A stretch of DNA of 64,000 nt from Candidatus Poribacteria bacterium (GCA_965222225.1 CBDCTK010000002.1:3488001-3552000), one strand, 5' to 3'. Positions 10,723 to 22,105 are shown, counted from the first letter of the stretch. The notes: generated by a model not told the origin, from the letters alone. Translations and numbers: made by a program.

Positions 10723-10836
10723 TGTCTTCTTCTCCTTACATTAGACTACTGAATGCGACGCATAATTTCATTATACCGATTTTCCCATCTACGTCAACTG
10801 TTTTCATGTTTGCGAATTAGGACTGGGTACAATGCA

Positions 10837-13434
10837 TCAACCAACCGTCGCCAGTTCCAAATTTTCCTTCCAGTGTGTTCGCAGTACCTGTTTTAACAGT
10901 TGGTGCTCCGGTTGCTGTAGGTTAGGGTCGGCTTGGGCGAGCTGACTCGCCTCGGTTTTCGCGGCTTCAAGTAACGAAGCATCTTGAATAAGGTTCGCAA
11001 TTCTAAGGTTTGGGAGGCCCGATTGGCGAGTGCCGAAAAATTCCCCAGGCCCTCGTAGTGTCAAATCCGCTTCGGCGATTTCGAATCCATCGTTAGTGCG
11101 CGTCATGACTTTCATCCGTTCAAAGCTATCTTTAGACTTCGGCGCCGTAACAAGATAGCAGAAGGACTTGTGTTCTCCACGTCCAACACGTCCCCGCAAC
11201 TGATGGAGTTGCGCCAACCCGAAACGCTCGGCATTCTCAATTACCATAATCGTAGCGTTTGGAACATCAATACCGACCTCAATCACTGTCGTTGAAATCA
11301 AAATGTCGATTTGCCTGGCTTTGAATTGTGCCATCACCTCTTGCTTCTCCAATGACCGCATGCGCCCGTGCAGAAGCCCGAGGCGCAGATGAGGAAAGAC
11401 CTCGCGCTGCAAACGACCTGCCATCTCTGTTGCGGCTTTAATCTCTTCGAGTTTTTCCGACTCCTCTACAAGTGGATACACGATGTACGCTTGTCTGCCG
11501 CGCCGAATCGTATTCTCAATATCCCTGTAGAGTTCGCCTCGTTGTTCCTCTTTCACCCATTTCGTCCCAACCGTTTGCCTACCCGGAGGCATCTCATCAA
11601 TCACCGAGACATTGAGGTCACCATAGACCGTCAGCGCGAGCGTACGCGGAATTGGTGTCGCCGTCATGACGAGAACGTCAGGCGTTATGCCTTTGTCACG
11701 AAGTGTTGCACGCTGCATGACACCAAACCGGTGCTGTTCGTCGATTATCACCAGACCGAGTTGGTGAAAATCAACCCCTTTTTGTATAAGCGCATGAGTT
11801 CCGACGACAATATGTGCCGATCCATCAGCTATATCTGCAAGAACCGTTTCGCGTTCACTCTTCGCCAAATCCCCTTTGAGCAAAACGACATTGAGTCCAA
11901 CGGGCTTGAGTAGTTCCGAGAAGTTGTAAGCGTGCTGTTCGGCGAGGATTTCGGTGGGGACCATCAAGGCGCCTTGATAGCCGGATTGGATAACGCACAG
12001 AAGTGTCATCACTGCGACAATTGTCTTCCCGGATCCAACATCTCCCTGAAGGAGACGGTTCATCGGGTGGGAGTTTTCCATATCTGCTTTGATGGTCGCA
12101 AAGACACGCTTCTGCGCCTCCGTGAGTCGAAACGGTAAAATGCCGATGAACCGGTCTAGCAATCGACTCTCGACTTTGAATGAAATCCCCTTCTCCTTGA
12201 CCTCCCAACGTTTCTTCTTGAGCTCAAGCCCTAGCTCCAGCAAGAAAAATTCATCGAACACGAGGCGTTTTCTCGCCGCCTTGCAATAGGAATCGGACGC
12301 AGGACAGTGAATTTCTTTAATCGCCGTTTTCCGATCAATCAGTTGAAGTCGTTGGCGAATGTCTAAGGGCAAGATTTCAGGAAACATGCCTCCGTATTCA
12401 TCCAACACGTTGTTTATCCATTGACGCAGCATCCGTTGTGTGAGATTTGCCGTCAGCGGATATTTCGCGACGATTCGTCCTGTATGAATTAGATTGGCGT
12501 CCTCATCTTCGAGAATCTCGAACTCATAATCGGTGGTTTGTATTTCGTTGTTACGGCGTCCGAATCTACCGCTTATGACAACGGAAGTCCCCACTTTAAG
12601 CAGGTTTCTCAGGTAACCTACTCGACGCCCGAAGTTGACGAGCACCGCGACCCCAGTTCCGTCATAAACCATAATCTTGCCGACCGTCTTTGCTCCTTTG
12701 CGTGATGGCGTGAATTTGTCGTGATTGACCACCTTGCCTTGGATTGTCTCCGGTTCGCCGCTCCGTCCAACATCGTAGATGTCTCGGATATTCCTACGGT
12801 CGATATAGTCACGGGGATAATACTGCAGCAAATCTCCGAGTGTGCGAATGTCTAGTTCCGCTATCAATTTCTTCGCACGCCGTGTGCCGATTCCTTTGGT
12901 TTCCTCAAGTAGTGTTGCTAAGAAGTCAAGCGTTTTTATGTCTGTCTCAACTGGGGTGTCAGCAATTGTGAGTTTTTCATTCGGTAATGGGTTCTGAATG
13001 CGAGGTACTTGGGATTTGAGAGGAGGGGCGGAGGGCTCTTTTGCAGGGATTGTCGGCGTATGACTAGCTGGTTGGGAGGGGCACAACTCCTCAGTTGGCT
13101 CGCGCGATTGTGCGCGTGGTTGGCGGATGGTCCGTGTTTTGATAGGCGGGTTCACCGACTGCTGAGACGCTATCGTATTAATCTGTGCTGTAGCATCCTC
13201 AATTATCTTCAGGCGATCAGTCGGTGATAATCTATCGTAATTCTCAAAGCAATCGGCAAGTTTGTCAACTGTTTGTTCTTCGGAAAGGTTGAGCGAGAGT
13301 TGGCGAGCCTTTTCAAGCCACAATTTTACATAGCTGCCCAAGCCATTGATGACTACGTTGTCTTGACAACCGTTACGAGTTTCTTGCCGAAAAGGGCGAC
13401 GGATTGTCCTCAAGATCTGTGTAAATTCGTTCAT
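10837..13434 (-). CDS. recG: ATP-dependent DNA helicase RecG with N-terminal extension
   Basis: LLQGDVGSGKT, DEQHRFG, MTATPIPRTL, QLHQLRGRVGRG, GPGEFFGTRQSG. Confidence 0.97.
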   Translation of the reverse strand: MNEFTQILRTIRRPFRQETRNGCQDNVVINGLGSYVKLWLEKARQLSLNLSEEQTVDKLADCFENYDRLSPTDRLKIIEDATAQINTIASQQSVNPPIKTRTIRQPRAQSREPTEELCPSQPASHTPTIPAKEPSAPPLKSQVPRIQNPLPNEKLTIADTPVETDIKTLDFLATLLEETKGIGTRRAKKLIAELDIRTLGDLLQYYPRDYIDRRNIRDIYDVGRSGEPETIQGKVVNHDKFTPSRKGAKTVGKIMVYDGTGVAVLVNFGRRVGYLRNLLKVGTSVVISGRFGRRNNEIQTTDYEFEILEDEDANLIHTGRIVAKYPLTANLTQRMLRQWINNVLDEYGGMFPEILPLDIRQRLQLIDRKTAIKEIHCPASDSYCKAARKRLVFDEFFLLELGLELKKKRWEVKEKGISFKVESRLLDRFIGILPFRLTEAQKRVFATIKADMENSHPMNRLLQGDVGSGKTIVAVMTLLCVIQSGYQGALMVPTEILAEQHAYNFSELLKPVGLNVVLLKGDLAKSERETVLADIADGSAHIVVGTHALIQKGVDFHQLGLVIIDEQHRFGVMQRATLRDKGITPDVLVMTATPIPRTLALTVYGDLNVSVIDEMPPGRQTVGTKWVKEEQRGELYRDIENTIRRGRQAYIVYPLVEESEKLEEIKAATEMAGRLQREVFPHLRLGLLHGRMRSLEKQEVMAQFKARQIDILISTTVIEVGIDVPNATIMVIENAERFGLAQLHQLRGRVGRGEHKSFCYLVTAPKSKDSFERMKVMTRTNDGFEIAEADLTLRGPGEFFGTRQSGLPNLRIANLIQDASLLEAAKTEASQLAQADPNLQQPEHQLLKQVLRTHWKENLELATVG

Positions 13435-13494
13435 TATCTCCTCGTCGTCCTCTCAAAATGAACACCTGCATCTCAAGAGGAGCGAGATCGAAAT

Positions 13495-14490
13495 TTACTT
13501 TGCAACCGTCGCCTCAACAGTATGATAGCTGACCGCGCCAGCCGGTTCCGCATCAAATCCCGTCGCTTTCTGAATCAATCCGTCATTGGCAGTGGCTCTA
13601 GCGTAGACTTTAGCGGCTCCCTCTTTATCCGGCACTTGCCACGTGTATTTCCAGAGCGTCCATGCCAAGGGGGTATCGCTCGCCCAAATTTCCGCTGTCT
13701 TCCAGGTTTGTCCCTCATCGACGCTCACTTCAACACTCTTGATTCCACCGTGATTTCCGCTATCGAATGCAGCACCGCTAATCGTGTATGTCTCTCCTGC
13801 TTTAATGGTAGAATCTTTGCCCGGCGTGCCAATCATCGTCGCCAACTTAACGCTCGCCACGGGATCCCACCCCCTTTGCTCCCAGTATCCCACATGCTTC
13901 TTCGCCAATTCTATTGTCACAATCCATTTTGGATTTTTTGTGCCGTAGTGACCGGGATTAAGCAGACGGATGGGAAAACCGTGCTCTTTAGGAAGGGGCA
14001 CACCGTTCATTTTATACGCCAACAGGGTGTCCTCACGCATGGCGTCAGCAATCGGGATAGCGGTATGATAGCTATCCCTGCATCGGAAGACGACGACTTT
14101 CGCCTCCGGTTTGATACCAGCTTTCTGAAGGAAAACGCGCAGCGGGACACCTGCCCACATAGCATTGTTCATCTGATTGGTCCCAATCGGATCTCCGATA
14201 CACTTCAGCGTCCGCATGGCGGTTACTGATGGCAAACTTGTAATATCCTCATAAGTGAAGAGTTCTTTGTTCTCCACCAGCCCTGTAACGAGCAACTGCC
14301 AGTATGTGGAATCAGCGTTAATCTCTGGCTGTTTTCCTATTTGAAGTTCGTAAAAATCGGCATTGCTGGTAATCATAGTGCTGGGGTTGAGTACGGGTTC
14401 CGTTGCTCCCACAGCCTCAAATTGGCGAATCGGTAGTGTAACCCCTGCAGTGCTGATTGCCAGGATCTTTACGAATCTTCTGCGTTGCAT
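13495..14490 (-). CDS. Sulfite-oxidase-family molybdopterin oxidoreductase, Tat-exported
   Basis: RRRF Tat signal; TLKCIG, NAMWAGVPL, HGFPIRL..G.KNPKW, C-terminal Ig dimerisation domain. Confidence 0.9.
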   Translation of the reverse strand: MQRRRFVKILAISTAGVTLPIRQFEAVGATEPVLNPSTMITSNADFYELQIGKQPEINADSTYWQLLVTGLVENKELFTYEDITSLPSVTAMRTLKCIGDPIGTNQMNNAMWAGVPLRVFLQKAGIKPEAKVVVFRCRDSYHTAIPIADAMREDTLLAYKMNGVPLPKEHGFPIRLLNPGHYGTKNPKWIVTIELAKKHVGYWEQRGWDPVASVKLATMIGTPGKDSTIKAGETYTISGAAFDSGNHGGIKSVEVSVDEGQTWKTAEIWASDTPLAWTLWKYTWQVPDKEGAAKVYARATANDGLIQKATGFDAEPAGAVSYHTVEATVAK

Positions 14491-14509
14491 TGTCTATCTC
14501 CTTAGCTAC

Positions 14510-14788
14510 CTATTTCTTGACGCTGGCGCTACCTTTTCGCATTCGCATTGTAATCCGGACAACCCCTCTAATCATGATTAACGTTCCCGATGTTAAGAAG
14601 ATGACGAGTCCCCATCGCCCAATCTGAGTGGATCGTTGGAACATATAAACCGTAAAAGCAACGACCATAATAAGGATAAAGGTGTTCAGAAGGGTTTTGT
14701 TCTCATAGCATGTTCCCATAACCGTTTTCCTCTGTATATTGACAACTCTTCTGTTGTAGAGTGGCTGCTCTGCGGGTTGTTTCTTCAA
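14510..14788 (-). CDS. Small two-TM hypothetical protein
   Basis: Two hydrophobic segments; sits between co-oriented genes. Confidence 0.5.
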   Translation of the reverse strand: MKKQPAEQPLYNRRVVNIQRKTVMGTCYENKTLLNTFILIMVVAFTVYMFQRSTQIGRWGLVIFLTSGTLIMIRGVVRITMRMRKGSASVKK

Positions 14789-15654
14789 TCTGCTTGGTCT
14801 AAATGAATCTCATTGAAAGGCTTAAATCCAGGAAGGGCAACGGTGTTCACGAGAATATCAATTGCCCGATGACCGGTGTCCGGTGGAATATAAACGACGT
14901 TTCCGGGTTCAAGCGGGATTTGGTCGTACTGCATGAGATTCCGAAAGTCGGGAAAAGTGTGCAGGTAACTTTTCCTGCCATACATATTCAGGGCATACGC
15001 ATTGGGGTCTAAGGTAAAATAGACTTCGTGCTGCGGCTTTCCACCACCAATCGGCGTCGCCGGGTGATAGTGGGGTTTCGAGTATCCCGCTGCCATATCC
15101 ACAACACGGCTGTTGACACTGTTGACTCCATCAGGATTATTCTCTATTTCTGTGTTGCAATGCCAAGCCGCCGATAACCGAAAGAATGTACCCGATTCGG
15201 AATTGCCCCTACCGGTCATATTTCGCATGTAGCGTAAACGACGAGTCTTGGTAAGATGCGTCATAAAACTATTGCTATCTTCAATCCACCAATACCGGAA
15301 GTTCCCACGCACACGAAGCGGTTCATCCGGCTCAACAATCAGTTGATCTCCGGGCCAAATCTCTTCGAACGAAGTCAACTGTTTAGTAGACCAGCCGATA
15401 ATCGAAGAACTTTCCAATAGTAATTCAAAAGTTCGGCGTACTTTTGGACGCGTCAACCATTCCTTAGGCGGCAGTCTGCTTTCCACTGGTGATTGGATAT
15501 CACCAGCAATATCTCCAACAAGCGTACGCCCTGAAATCCGATTCAGAATGGCCTTGACGGGAAATCGAATCTGCTCATGGATAGCATCAAGATTGTCCGC
15601 AAAAGTCTGCAATATATGCCAAGTTTCATCATCACATTCGTCCGGTTCGTAAAA
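14785..15654 (-). pseudogene. C-terminal part of a cupin-like protein split by IS1
   Basis: Frame open up to the IS end (..FYEPDECDDETWHILQTFAD..); HYH..QHEVY and LEPGNVVYIPPDTGHRA cupin motifs. Confidence 0.65.
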
Positions 15655-16424
15655 GGAGAGTATTCACACAAAGATAGATAAGGCAATCTGCTGATACCGA
15701 CGGATGACCTCTGGGTCGCTCAAAGCAGTCCATAACTTCATGGCATTGTCCACCATCTCAAGTTTCTTGGATACTATTTTGGTGCGGCGTGTGAATCGTC
15801 CAAGATGATGGCGTGTATTGCTGTTATCACGTTCGACTGTTGCTGTCCCTGATTTCCCGATGTGATGACGCTCCGCAGGAAGCACTTTGGCAATCGCTTA
15901 AGTGTTTCACTTTGTCGAATAGCCGTCTGAAGGTATCAGCATCACGACCACCGATAACCCAGGCAACGGTTTTGCTTGTTTCACGAGAAACTGCTTTGTG
16001 AATCCATCTTTTGTTTTTTTTGACCCGATAAAATGCCACATCTCATCAAATTCCAATTCACGAGTGTTGATTGGAATCTCAGGCTCCGGCAACAGGGCTG
16101 CTTCCTTTGCAAGCCATTTTTGAACGGTGCTTGGCGATACATTAAACAAGTTACCAATAGTGCCATAAGATGCTTTTGCAAGGGAGTAAAGAATTACTGC
16201 AAAAGCACGCTTGATGGTGGTTTGAGGGTTGGTTATCTCGTCCCCCTCAACGAAATTATAACCGCACATTTTACAACGGTATCGCTGTTTGGAACGAACA
16301 AATCCGTTTTTCGTGGCTTCCGAACTATGACAGTTCTTACAGTTTGACATAATGTCTCCTTCCTGACCTTTCTGGTTAGTTAGAAGAATTATATCATAAA
16401 TCTATCTATATGGCAATACTCTCC
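15655..16424 (-). mobile_element. IS1-family insertion sequence (~770 bp), degenerate
   Basis: Imperfect ~25-bp TIRs GGAGAGTATT..AGATAGAT; InsA zinc finger (CKNC..KQRYRCKMC), EFDEMWHF, A8C frameshift motif, InsB ERDNSNTRHHLGRFTRRTK. Confidence 0.9.
15664..16350 (-). pseudogene. IS1 transposase InsA-InsB with an extra frameshift/deletion in InsB
   Basis: Three overlapping ORFs (16350-15907, 16039-15827, 15885-15664); the usual YTD.W segment is missing at the second junction. Confidence 0.75.
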
Positions 16425-16731
16425 GCAAAAAGAATGGTAACCTCTCGCCATCTCCCTCCTGTGTTCGATAGCCCAATTCCAACAGAACTTCCCCAACGCC
16501 GTGATCAATCCAGATATATCGGACACCGCCATACTCCGAGACAAGTTAGCCCTCGTCGTCCTCAAAATTTCCACACCCTATTTTGAATCCAGAGTGGTCT
16601 CGCTCGCATGCAGTAAAAACAGGTTCAAGACTTTCGGAATTTTCAATATGTCCAACAACGAGATTCGGCATAGGGCTCTCATGATTTCTTTTGATGACCA
16701 GCTCGGCTAAATTGGCATTATAACGATCCAT
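16425..16731 (-). pseudogene. N-terminal part of the IS1-split gene, with an internal TAA
   Basis: MDRYNAN..FEDDEG*LVSEYGGVRYIWIDHGVGEV..GYRTQEGDGERLPFF reads up to the IS boundary; GGAGG-free but same strand and contiguous with 14785-15654. Confidence 0.55.
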
Positions 16732-16876
16732 CGGAGGTTGGTCAAGCGCTAATTCACAAGCGTTCGGCGGGAAATCCTTTTTGATTGGATCGCTCCTCGC
16801 TTTCTGGTATAATGATGTTGATACTCATGTCACTACAACGAAGGCAGCTAACATCTTCATCCGAAGGTTCTCGATT

Positions 16877-17860
16877 ATGGATTTGGAAGATCGGGCAGGA
16901 CAGTTCCGTGATAATTTTTCCCGCGTAAAAGCGGAAGTGCATAAACGGATTACTGGACAAGACGAGGTTATTGAAGGGGTGCTGTTGTGTCTGCTAGCCA
17001 ACGGACATGTGTTGCTTGAAGGAGTTCCCGGCTTGGGGAAGACACAACTCGTTCATACCTTGAGTGAAGCGCTCAATGTGTCGTTCAGACGGATTCAATT
17101 TACGCCGGACATGATGCCCTCAGACATTACCGGCACAATGCTTCTTGTGGAGGATGCGCAGGGACGAAAGCAGTTTGAATTTCAGCGGGGACCAATCTTT
17201 TCGCAGATTGTGCTTGCCGATGAAATCAATCGTGCGACTCCGCGCACCCAATCCGCATTGCTTGAAGCAATGCAGGAACATACCGTAAGCGTGGCTCAAA
17301 CAAGCCACACGCTGGATGAACCCTTCTGCGTCCTTGCAACTCAAAATCCGTTGGAAATGGAGGGTACGTATCCTTTGCCGGAGGCCCAACTCGATCGATT
17401 TCTTTTCAAACTCCACGTGAATTTTCCGGATGAAGATCAAATTCTTGAAATCTTGAGGCGTACAACGTCAGACAGGGAAATTTCCATCGAAGCAATCATT
17501 GATGCCGAGACGATCAATTGGATGCGCCAGTTGGTGCGCCGCGTCCCAATTGCCGAGCACGTCGAACGCTATATCATTCGTCTCGTCTGTCTGACACACC
17601 CCGATCGTTCAGACGCTCCAGAAATGGTAAAACGCTACGTCGAATTGGGTGCAAGTATTCGCGGTGTACAGGCGATTGCGTTGACCGCCAAAATCAAGGC
17701 ACTGCTCGATGAACGTTATAACGTCGCATTTGACGACATTCGCGCTGTCGCGCTGCCGGCACTACGTCATCGCATTCTTTTAAATTTTGAGGGTGAGGGC
17801 GAAGAGATAAAGACTGATGAGATTATTAATCATGTGTTGAAAACGTTGTCAGAAGCATAA
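16877..17860 (+). CDS. MoxR family AAA+ ATPase
   Basis: HVLLEGVPGLGKT, RIQFTPDMMPSDI, LADEINRATPRTQSALLEAM, ATQNP.E.EGTYPLPEAQLDRF. Confidence 0.95.
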   Translation: MDLEDRAGQFRDNFSRVKAEVHKRITGQDEVIEGVLLCLLANGHVLLEGVPGLGKTQLVHTLSEALNVSFRRIQFTPDMMPSDITGTMLLVEDAQGRKQFEFQRGPIFSQIVLADEINRATPRTQSALLEAMQEHTVSVAQTSHTLDEPFCVLATQNPLEMEGTYPLPEAQLDRFLFKLHVNFPDEDQILEILRRTTSDREISIEAIIDAETINWMRQLVRRVPIAEHVERYIIRLVCLTHPDRSDAPEMVKRYVELGASIRGVQAIALTAKIKALLDERYNVAFDDIRAVALPALRHRILLNFEGEGEEIKTDEIINHVLKTLSEA

Positions 17861-18010
17861 TCACTGTCATTCGTAAAAAAACAGTGCGAGATACAGTCTG
17901 CCTTTGATTTCCAGAGTTCAAAATGCGTAAATTCTAACTCCTTTAGAAGTAGAATGCTCCTTTGCTAGTAAAGATAGGACATAGCGGAGAGGCGAAAAGA
18001 CTGTGCATCG

Positions 18011-19336
18011 TCATCTCGAGGAGCGCGGTAGACCATCTTCCATTTCGTTCAGGCTATCCAGTAACACATCCATCTCAAGTCGCAAGTTTTGCAACTCCTT
18101 GGAAACACCGTCGCTCTCAAAACTGGCGTTGCCAACTTCGGTGGTTTTTATTCGTACAATCATGGCAAGCGCATTATCCAAGGAAATACGAATTGTGGTT
18201 AATTGTGCTCGAATCTTCGCTGCCAAGTTTGTCAAGTGCTCATGATTGGCAAGTCTTTCCTTGAGAGCCTTCAATGCCTCCTCATATTGTAATGCGACCC
18301 CCGCGTTGTTTGCAGTTGTCAGTCTCCCTTCAATTTCGTCCTTCTCGCGATAGAGATTTTGCGCGCTGGAGGTCTGTAGATACTCCTCGATTTGTTGCAA
18401 GCGATCAATTAGGTCTGCCGCTTTCGAGACCACGCCCCCAATGTACTCAATCAAGGATTCTAGCGGCGGTTTAACCCCTTCGTTGGCAGAATCAATCGCC
18501 TCGAAAATCCTATCTCGAAGTTCCCGTATCTGTGAAATCAGTCGAATGTACTGTGCTTTGAGCATGGAAGAATATTGGTTTCCGGGCTTCGCTACATCCC
18601 CTAGCAGAACTTCCTCGGGTTTGAAGATTTCACGATAGGCAATCACTTGTGCGCAGATTGCAAGTGGAAGGGTAATGAATATACCAATGCCAAATGCAAC
18701 GATGCCAATGCAGGCAAGGAACGTCAAAACCAGTCCAAATAGCCAAAACCGCCACCAATTTTTCCATGTCAAAACGGTTTGGAATGCCGTGGACACAGCC
18801 GAAAAAACACTCATCTCTTGGTCAATTAACAGTGGAAATGCCAACATTGCTATTGCGCAAAGAAGCGGAACAACAAAAACACCAACCCCGGTTGAAAATA
18901 AAATAAACATGCCAGTCGGGAAGATGATCCACAAGAACAATCCTCCCCAAAATCGCTCGAACCCTTTGAAGATGTCACGAATGCGCGGCTTTCCGCCGCG
19001 CATTGACTTAAGTCCCATAAAGCATAATCCGGCATAAAGTGGTCCAAACAAAACCATTAACAGCGGTATACAAATCATTGCAACTGGGGCGAAAATCCAC
19101 GGGTACCCCGGGCCATCAAAACTACCCGACCACACAAACGCATCCGAGCGGTACATCCACAATCGGGGTCCCACAACACCAACTATGATTATCGACAGGG
19201 GTGTACAGATTATCGTGCCTAAGAAACTGGCGAAGAAGAAGGTGAAGCGGTACTGTTTATGTATTTTCCTACCCTCGGTGAGCCACTTCTCAATAGCTAC
19301 CGTTGGTTGAATTTTTGATGAGTTCCCCATGTCCAA
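18011..19336 (-). CDS. Membrane protein (DUF975-like TM region) with C-terminal coiled coil
   Basis: GPLYAG..RIRDIFKGF..GIFITLPL TM pattern followed by a long amphipathic helical tail. Confidence 0.7.
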   Translation of the reverse strand: MDMGNSSKIQPTVAIEKWLTEGRKIHKQYRFTFFFASFLGTIICTPLSIIIVGVVGPRLWMYRSDAFVWSGSFDGPGYPWIFAPVAMICIPLLMVLFGPLYAGLCFMGLKSMRGGKPRIRDIFKGFERFWGGLFLWIIFPTGMFILFSTGVGVFVVPLLCAIAMLAFPLLIDQEMSVFSAVSTAFQTVLTWKNWWRFWLFGLVLTFLACIGIVAFGIGIFITLPLAICAQVIAYREIFKPEEVLLGDVAKPGNQYSSMLKAQYIRLISQIRELRDRIFEAIDSANEGVKPPLESLIEYIGGVVSKAADLIDRLQQIEEYLQTSSAQNLYREKDEIEGRLTTANNAGVALQYEEALKALKERLANHEHLTNLAAKIRAQLTTIRISLDNALAMIVRIKTTEVGNASFESDGVSKELQNLRLEMDVLLDSLNEMEDGLPRSSR

Positions 19337-19782
19337 TTTCTCCTAAATGGTGGCAGCGCTTAATTGATATACTGCAAGGAATTCGCCATTTAGAGAATTG
19401 CACGAATCTCAATTTGCTCTTTGGTGTAGTATCCACAATAATCACAAAAGAATTTGTACGCTTATAGTACCGTGTTCGGAGAGGCGTCTCCGCCTCAATC
19501 ATCTAGTTAGTCAATCCTGACAAATGGGAAGGGTGAAGTGGCAAGAAATATGAGGTGCGTTCAAAAAATGGCATTATGTGTATTCCATAATTGTACAGCA
19601 TTGTGTTTGTCCTGTAAAGTCGATTGCTCAATTCCATGCATGTCAGAAGCCTAGTCATCAAGGAACACACTACAAAAGATAGGGACAAAGCACGAGGCAT
19701 AATCAAGTAACGATGCATTATTCGCCGAGATATTTGTTTGATTGTATCTTTTACGATGTGTTAAAATTTTTCGCTATCGGCA

Positions 19783-19810
19783 TTGACAATCACGGTTTTT
19801 TCGTTAAACT
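19783..19810 (+). promoter_or_regulatory. Putative sigma70 promoter of the TonB-dependent receptor
   Basis: TTGACA-N16-TAAACT. Confidence 0.5.
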
Positions 19811-19843
19811 CCACGTGTACCTTTAATTGGAGTTTCTACCTGA

Positions 19844-22105
19844 ATGAAATCCATGGAAAAGCGCTTAATTCATCAAATTGCAATCGCCCTATTCATGCTA
19901 CCGCTATATCTTCCTCCTAGTTTTTCTCAGCAATCAACCCCTATTGATGCCGGGATTCTAGGAACAATACTTCATCAAAGAACTAAACAACCCATAGCGG
20001 GGGCAGTGGTTCTCTTGGCCGAATATGAGGAACGTACCACATTAGCTGACGCTAGTGGAAAATTTCAATTCAATAACCTTCCAGCCGGTGAATATAAGAT
20101 TCTCGTATCTGCGGCAGGTTATTACGCCACTGAGGCGCCTGTTGTTACCGTGGAAGCAGGGCAAATCACCCAAGTGCTGGTGTATCTTGAAAAGGTCGAA
20201 TTCCTATTTGACGAAGTTCTTGTTACGACAGAGCGTTTCCCAACTACGGTCAGTCGGCAGAGCATGAAGGCGCTGGAGATTAAGCGCATCCCCGGCACAG
20301 CTGGCGACGCTCTACGCGCTTTGCCGGCACTACCGTCTATCAGTGTCGCTAACGATTTTAACGGGGCATTGTACATCCGCGGTGGCGCCCCTGAAGACAA
20401 TGTATTCTACTTTGACCGTTCGCCCATTGGATACCCGTATCACTTCGGTGGTCTCGTCTCAACGCTGAGTTCCGAGGTAATTGAACGAATCGACGTATAC
20501 GCTGGTGGGTTCGGTGCAGAGTTTGGGGCAGATGCTCAAGCCATAATCGACATCTATTCACGAGGAGGCAACGAGCAGAAGGTCGGCGGAAAACTCAATT
20601 TGAACCTACTTTACTCAGAGGGATTACTAGAAGGACCAATCGGTGAGAAAGGTTCTTGGTATTTCGGTGGGAGGCGGAGCTATGTGGACTTACTCCCTAT
20701 TGAGGTGGATCTGATAACCGCTTTTCCGCGTTTTTGGGATTATCAATTTAAAGCCACGTACGATTTGCACGCGAAGCACATGGTAACCGTAAACGCGTTT
20801 GCCGCCGACGATTTTATGGAACTCAAATTAGGGTTGGATGATGTCAGCGGCGATCCGACCCTAGCGGGTAGGTTCCTTTTTGAGAACGGTTTCGATGGAC
20901 AGGGGATTCACCTGCGATCACTGTTTACAGATCGGCTGATATCTTATCTGTCACTTACGCGTTCCTTCAACCACTTCAATCTCAATTTCGGCGAAGGGTT
21001 GTTCTTGAGGATCGGAGTCTCGAATTATCAATTGCGGCAAGATTTAAGTTTTCGTTTAACGTCCAATCATCGGCTGGAATCCGGACTGTTGCTCGCGACA
21101 GCACCAACGACCGGTGCCGCCTTTTTTCCACGCAGGCCGGATGAAGGAGATCCGGATTTCGATTTCGCATTCGAGGAAAAAATCCGGGGTGATTTCGGAC
21201 TACGTTACAACCGAATTGAAACATATCTGCAACATCGATATCGTCCCTTCCCGTTTTTATCAATTGCCGCAGGTTTTCGGATCGACTACCTAAACTTGAC
21301 CGACGAAATCTCGCTCGGGCCAAGAGCCAGTTTGAAGTTCCGAATTCCAAGCGGCTCCGAAGTTCGCCTCGCTTACGGTAGGTACGAACAAAGCCCACAG
21401 CCACCTCTAAACTTTCCCGACTTTGGCAATCCCAATGTAAAATCAAGCGAAGCAAGCCATTACATCATGGAGTTAGATCGGCAGCTTTCGTCACAGACTG
21501 GATTCAAGGTCGCCGGTTACTACAGAGATTTGAATAATCTCGTTACGAGCGATAGCGAAGAAATCTACCTTAATCAGGGAGATGGCATGGCGCGGGGGTT
21601 AGAACTGTTCCTTCGCCATAACGCAGGCACCAGATTTTTTGGCTGGGCGAGTTACGCTTATGTACGCTCCGAACGTCGCGATCGTCCCGGTGACCCTTGG
21701 CGTTTGTATTCGTTCGATCAGACGCACGTCACAACACTCACGGGAAGTTATAAACTCACGCCGACGTGGGAGATTGGCGCCAAATGGCAATATTCTACAG
21801 GGAATCCGTATACCCCCGTGATTGACGCAACGCTCGAGCGACATCCGACAACCGGACTACCCATCTATCGTCCCATTTACGGAGACATTAATTCCAAGAG
21901 AGTACCGCCATTTCATCGCTTAGACATCCGTGTCAACAAATCGTTTACGTTCAATCGCTGGGAGATGGGGATATACTTGGAACTCCTAAATGCGTACAAT
22001 CGCAAGAACGTGCTCACGGTTGATTATAATTACGACTACACAGAGCAGGATGTGGTTAATCAGCTTCCTTTGATTCCCTATTTGGGGGTAACCGCTGAAT
22101 TCTGA
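19844..22105 (+). CDS. TonB-dependent receptor with N-terminal carboxypeptidase-regulatory-like domain
   Basis: Signal peptide; plug GDALRALPALP..YIRGG..IDVYAGGFGAEFG; barrel ending in F (GVTAEF). Confidence 0.92.
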   Translation: MKSMEKRLIHQIAIALFMLPLYLPPSFSQQSTPIDAGILGTILHQRTKQPIAGAVVLLAEYEERTTLADASGKFQFNNLPAGEYKILVSAAGYYATEAPVVTVEAGQITQVLVYLEKVEFLFDEVLVTTERFPTTVSRQSMKALEIKRIPGTAGDALRALPALPSISVANDFNGALYIRGGAPEDNVFYFDRSPIGYPYHFGGLVSTLSSEVIERIDVYAGGFGAEFGADAQAIIDIYSRGGNEQKVGGKLNLNLLYSEGLLEGPIGEKGSWYFGGRRSYVDLLPIEVDLITAFPRFWDYQFKATYDLHAKHMVTVNAFAADDFMELKLGLDDVSGDPTLAGRFLFENGFDGQGIHLRSLFTDRLISYLSLTRSFNHFNLNFGEGLFLRIGVSNYQLRQDLSFRLTSNHRLESGLLLATAPTTGAAFFPRRPDEGDPDFDFAFEEKIRGDFGLRYNRIETYLQHRYRPFPFLSIAAGFRIDYLNLTDEISLGPRASLKFRIPSGSEVRLAYGRYEQSPQPPLNFPDFGNPNVKSSEASHYIMELDRQLSSQTGFKVAGYYRDLNNLVTSDSEEIYLNQGDGMARGLELFLRHNAGTRFFGWASYAYVRSERRDRPGDPWRLYSFDQTHVTTLTGSYKLTPTWEIGAKWQYSTGNPYTPVIDATLERHPTTGLPIYRPIYGDINSKRVPPFHRLDIRVNKSFTFNRWEMGIYLELLNAYNRKNVLTVDYNYDYTEQDVVNQLPLIPYLGVTAEF

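Noticed and set aside
13522-14229. 235-aa plus-strand ORF
   Set aside because: Antisense to the molybdopterin oxidoreductase; no recognisable motifs
16546-16548. Recoding at the internal stop of the IS-split gene
   Set aside because: The codon is TAA in an already disrupted gene, so decay is the simpler explanation
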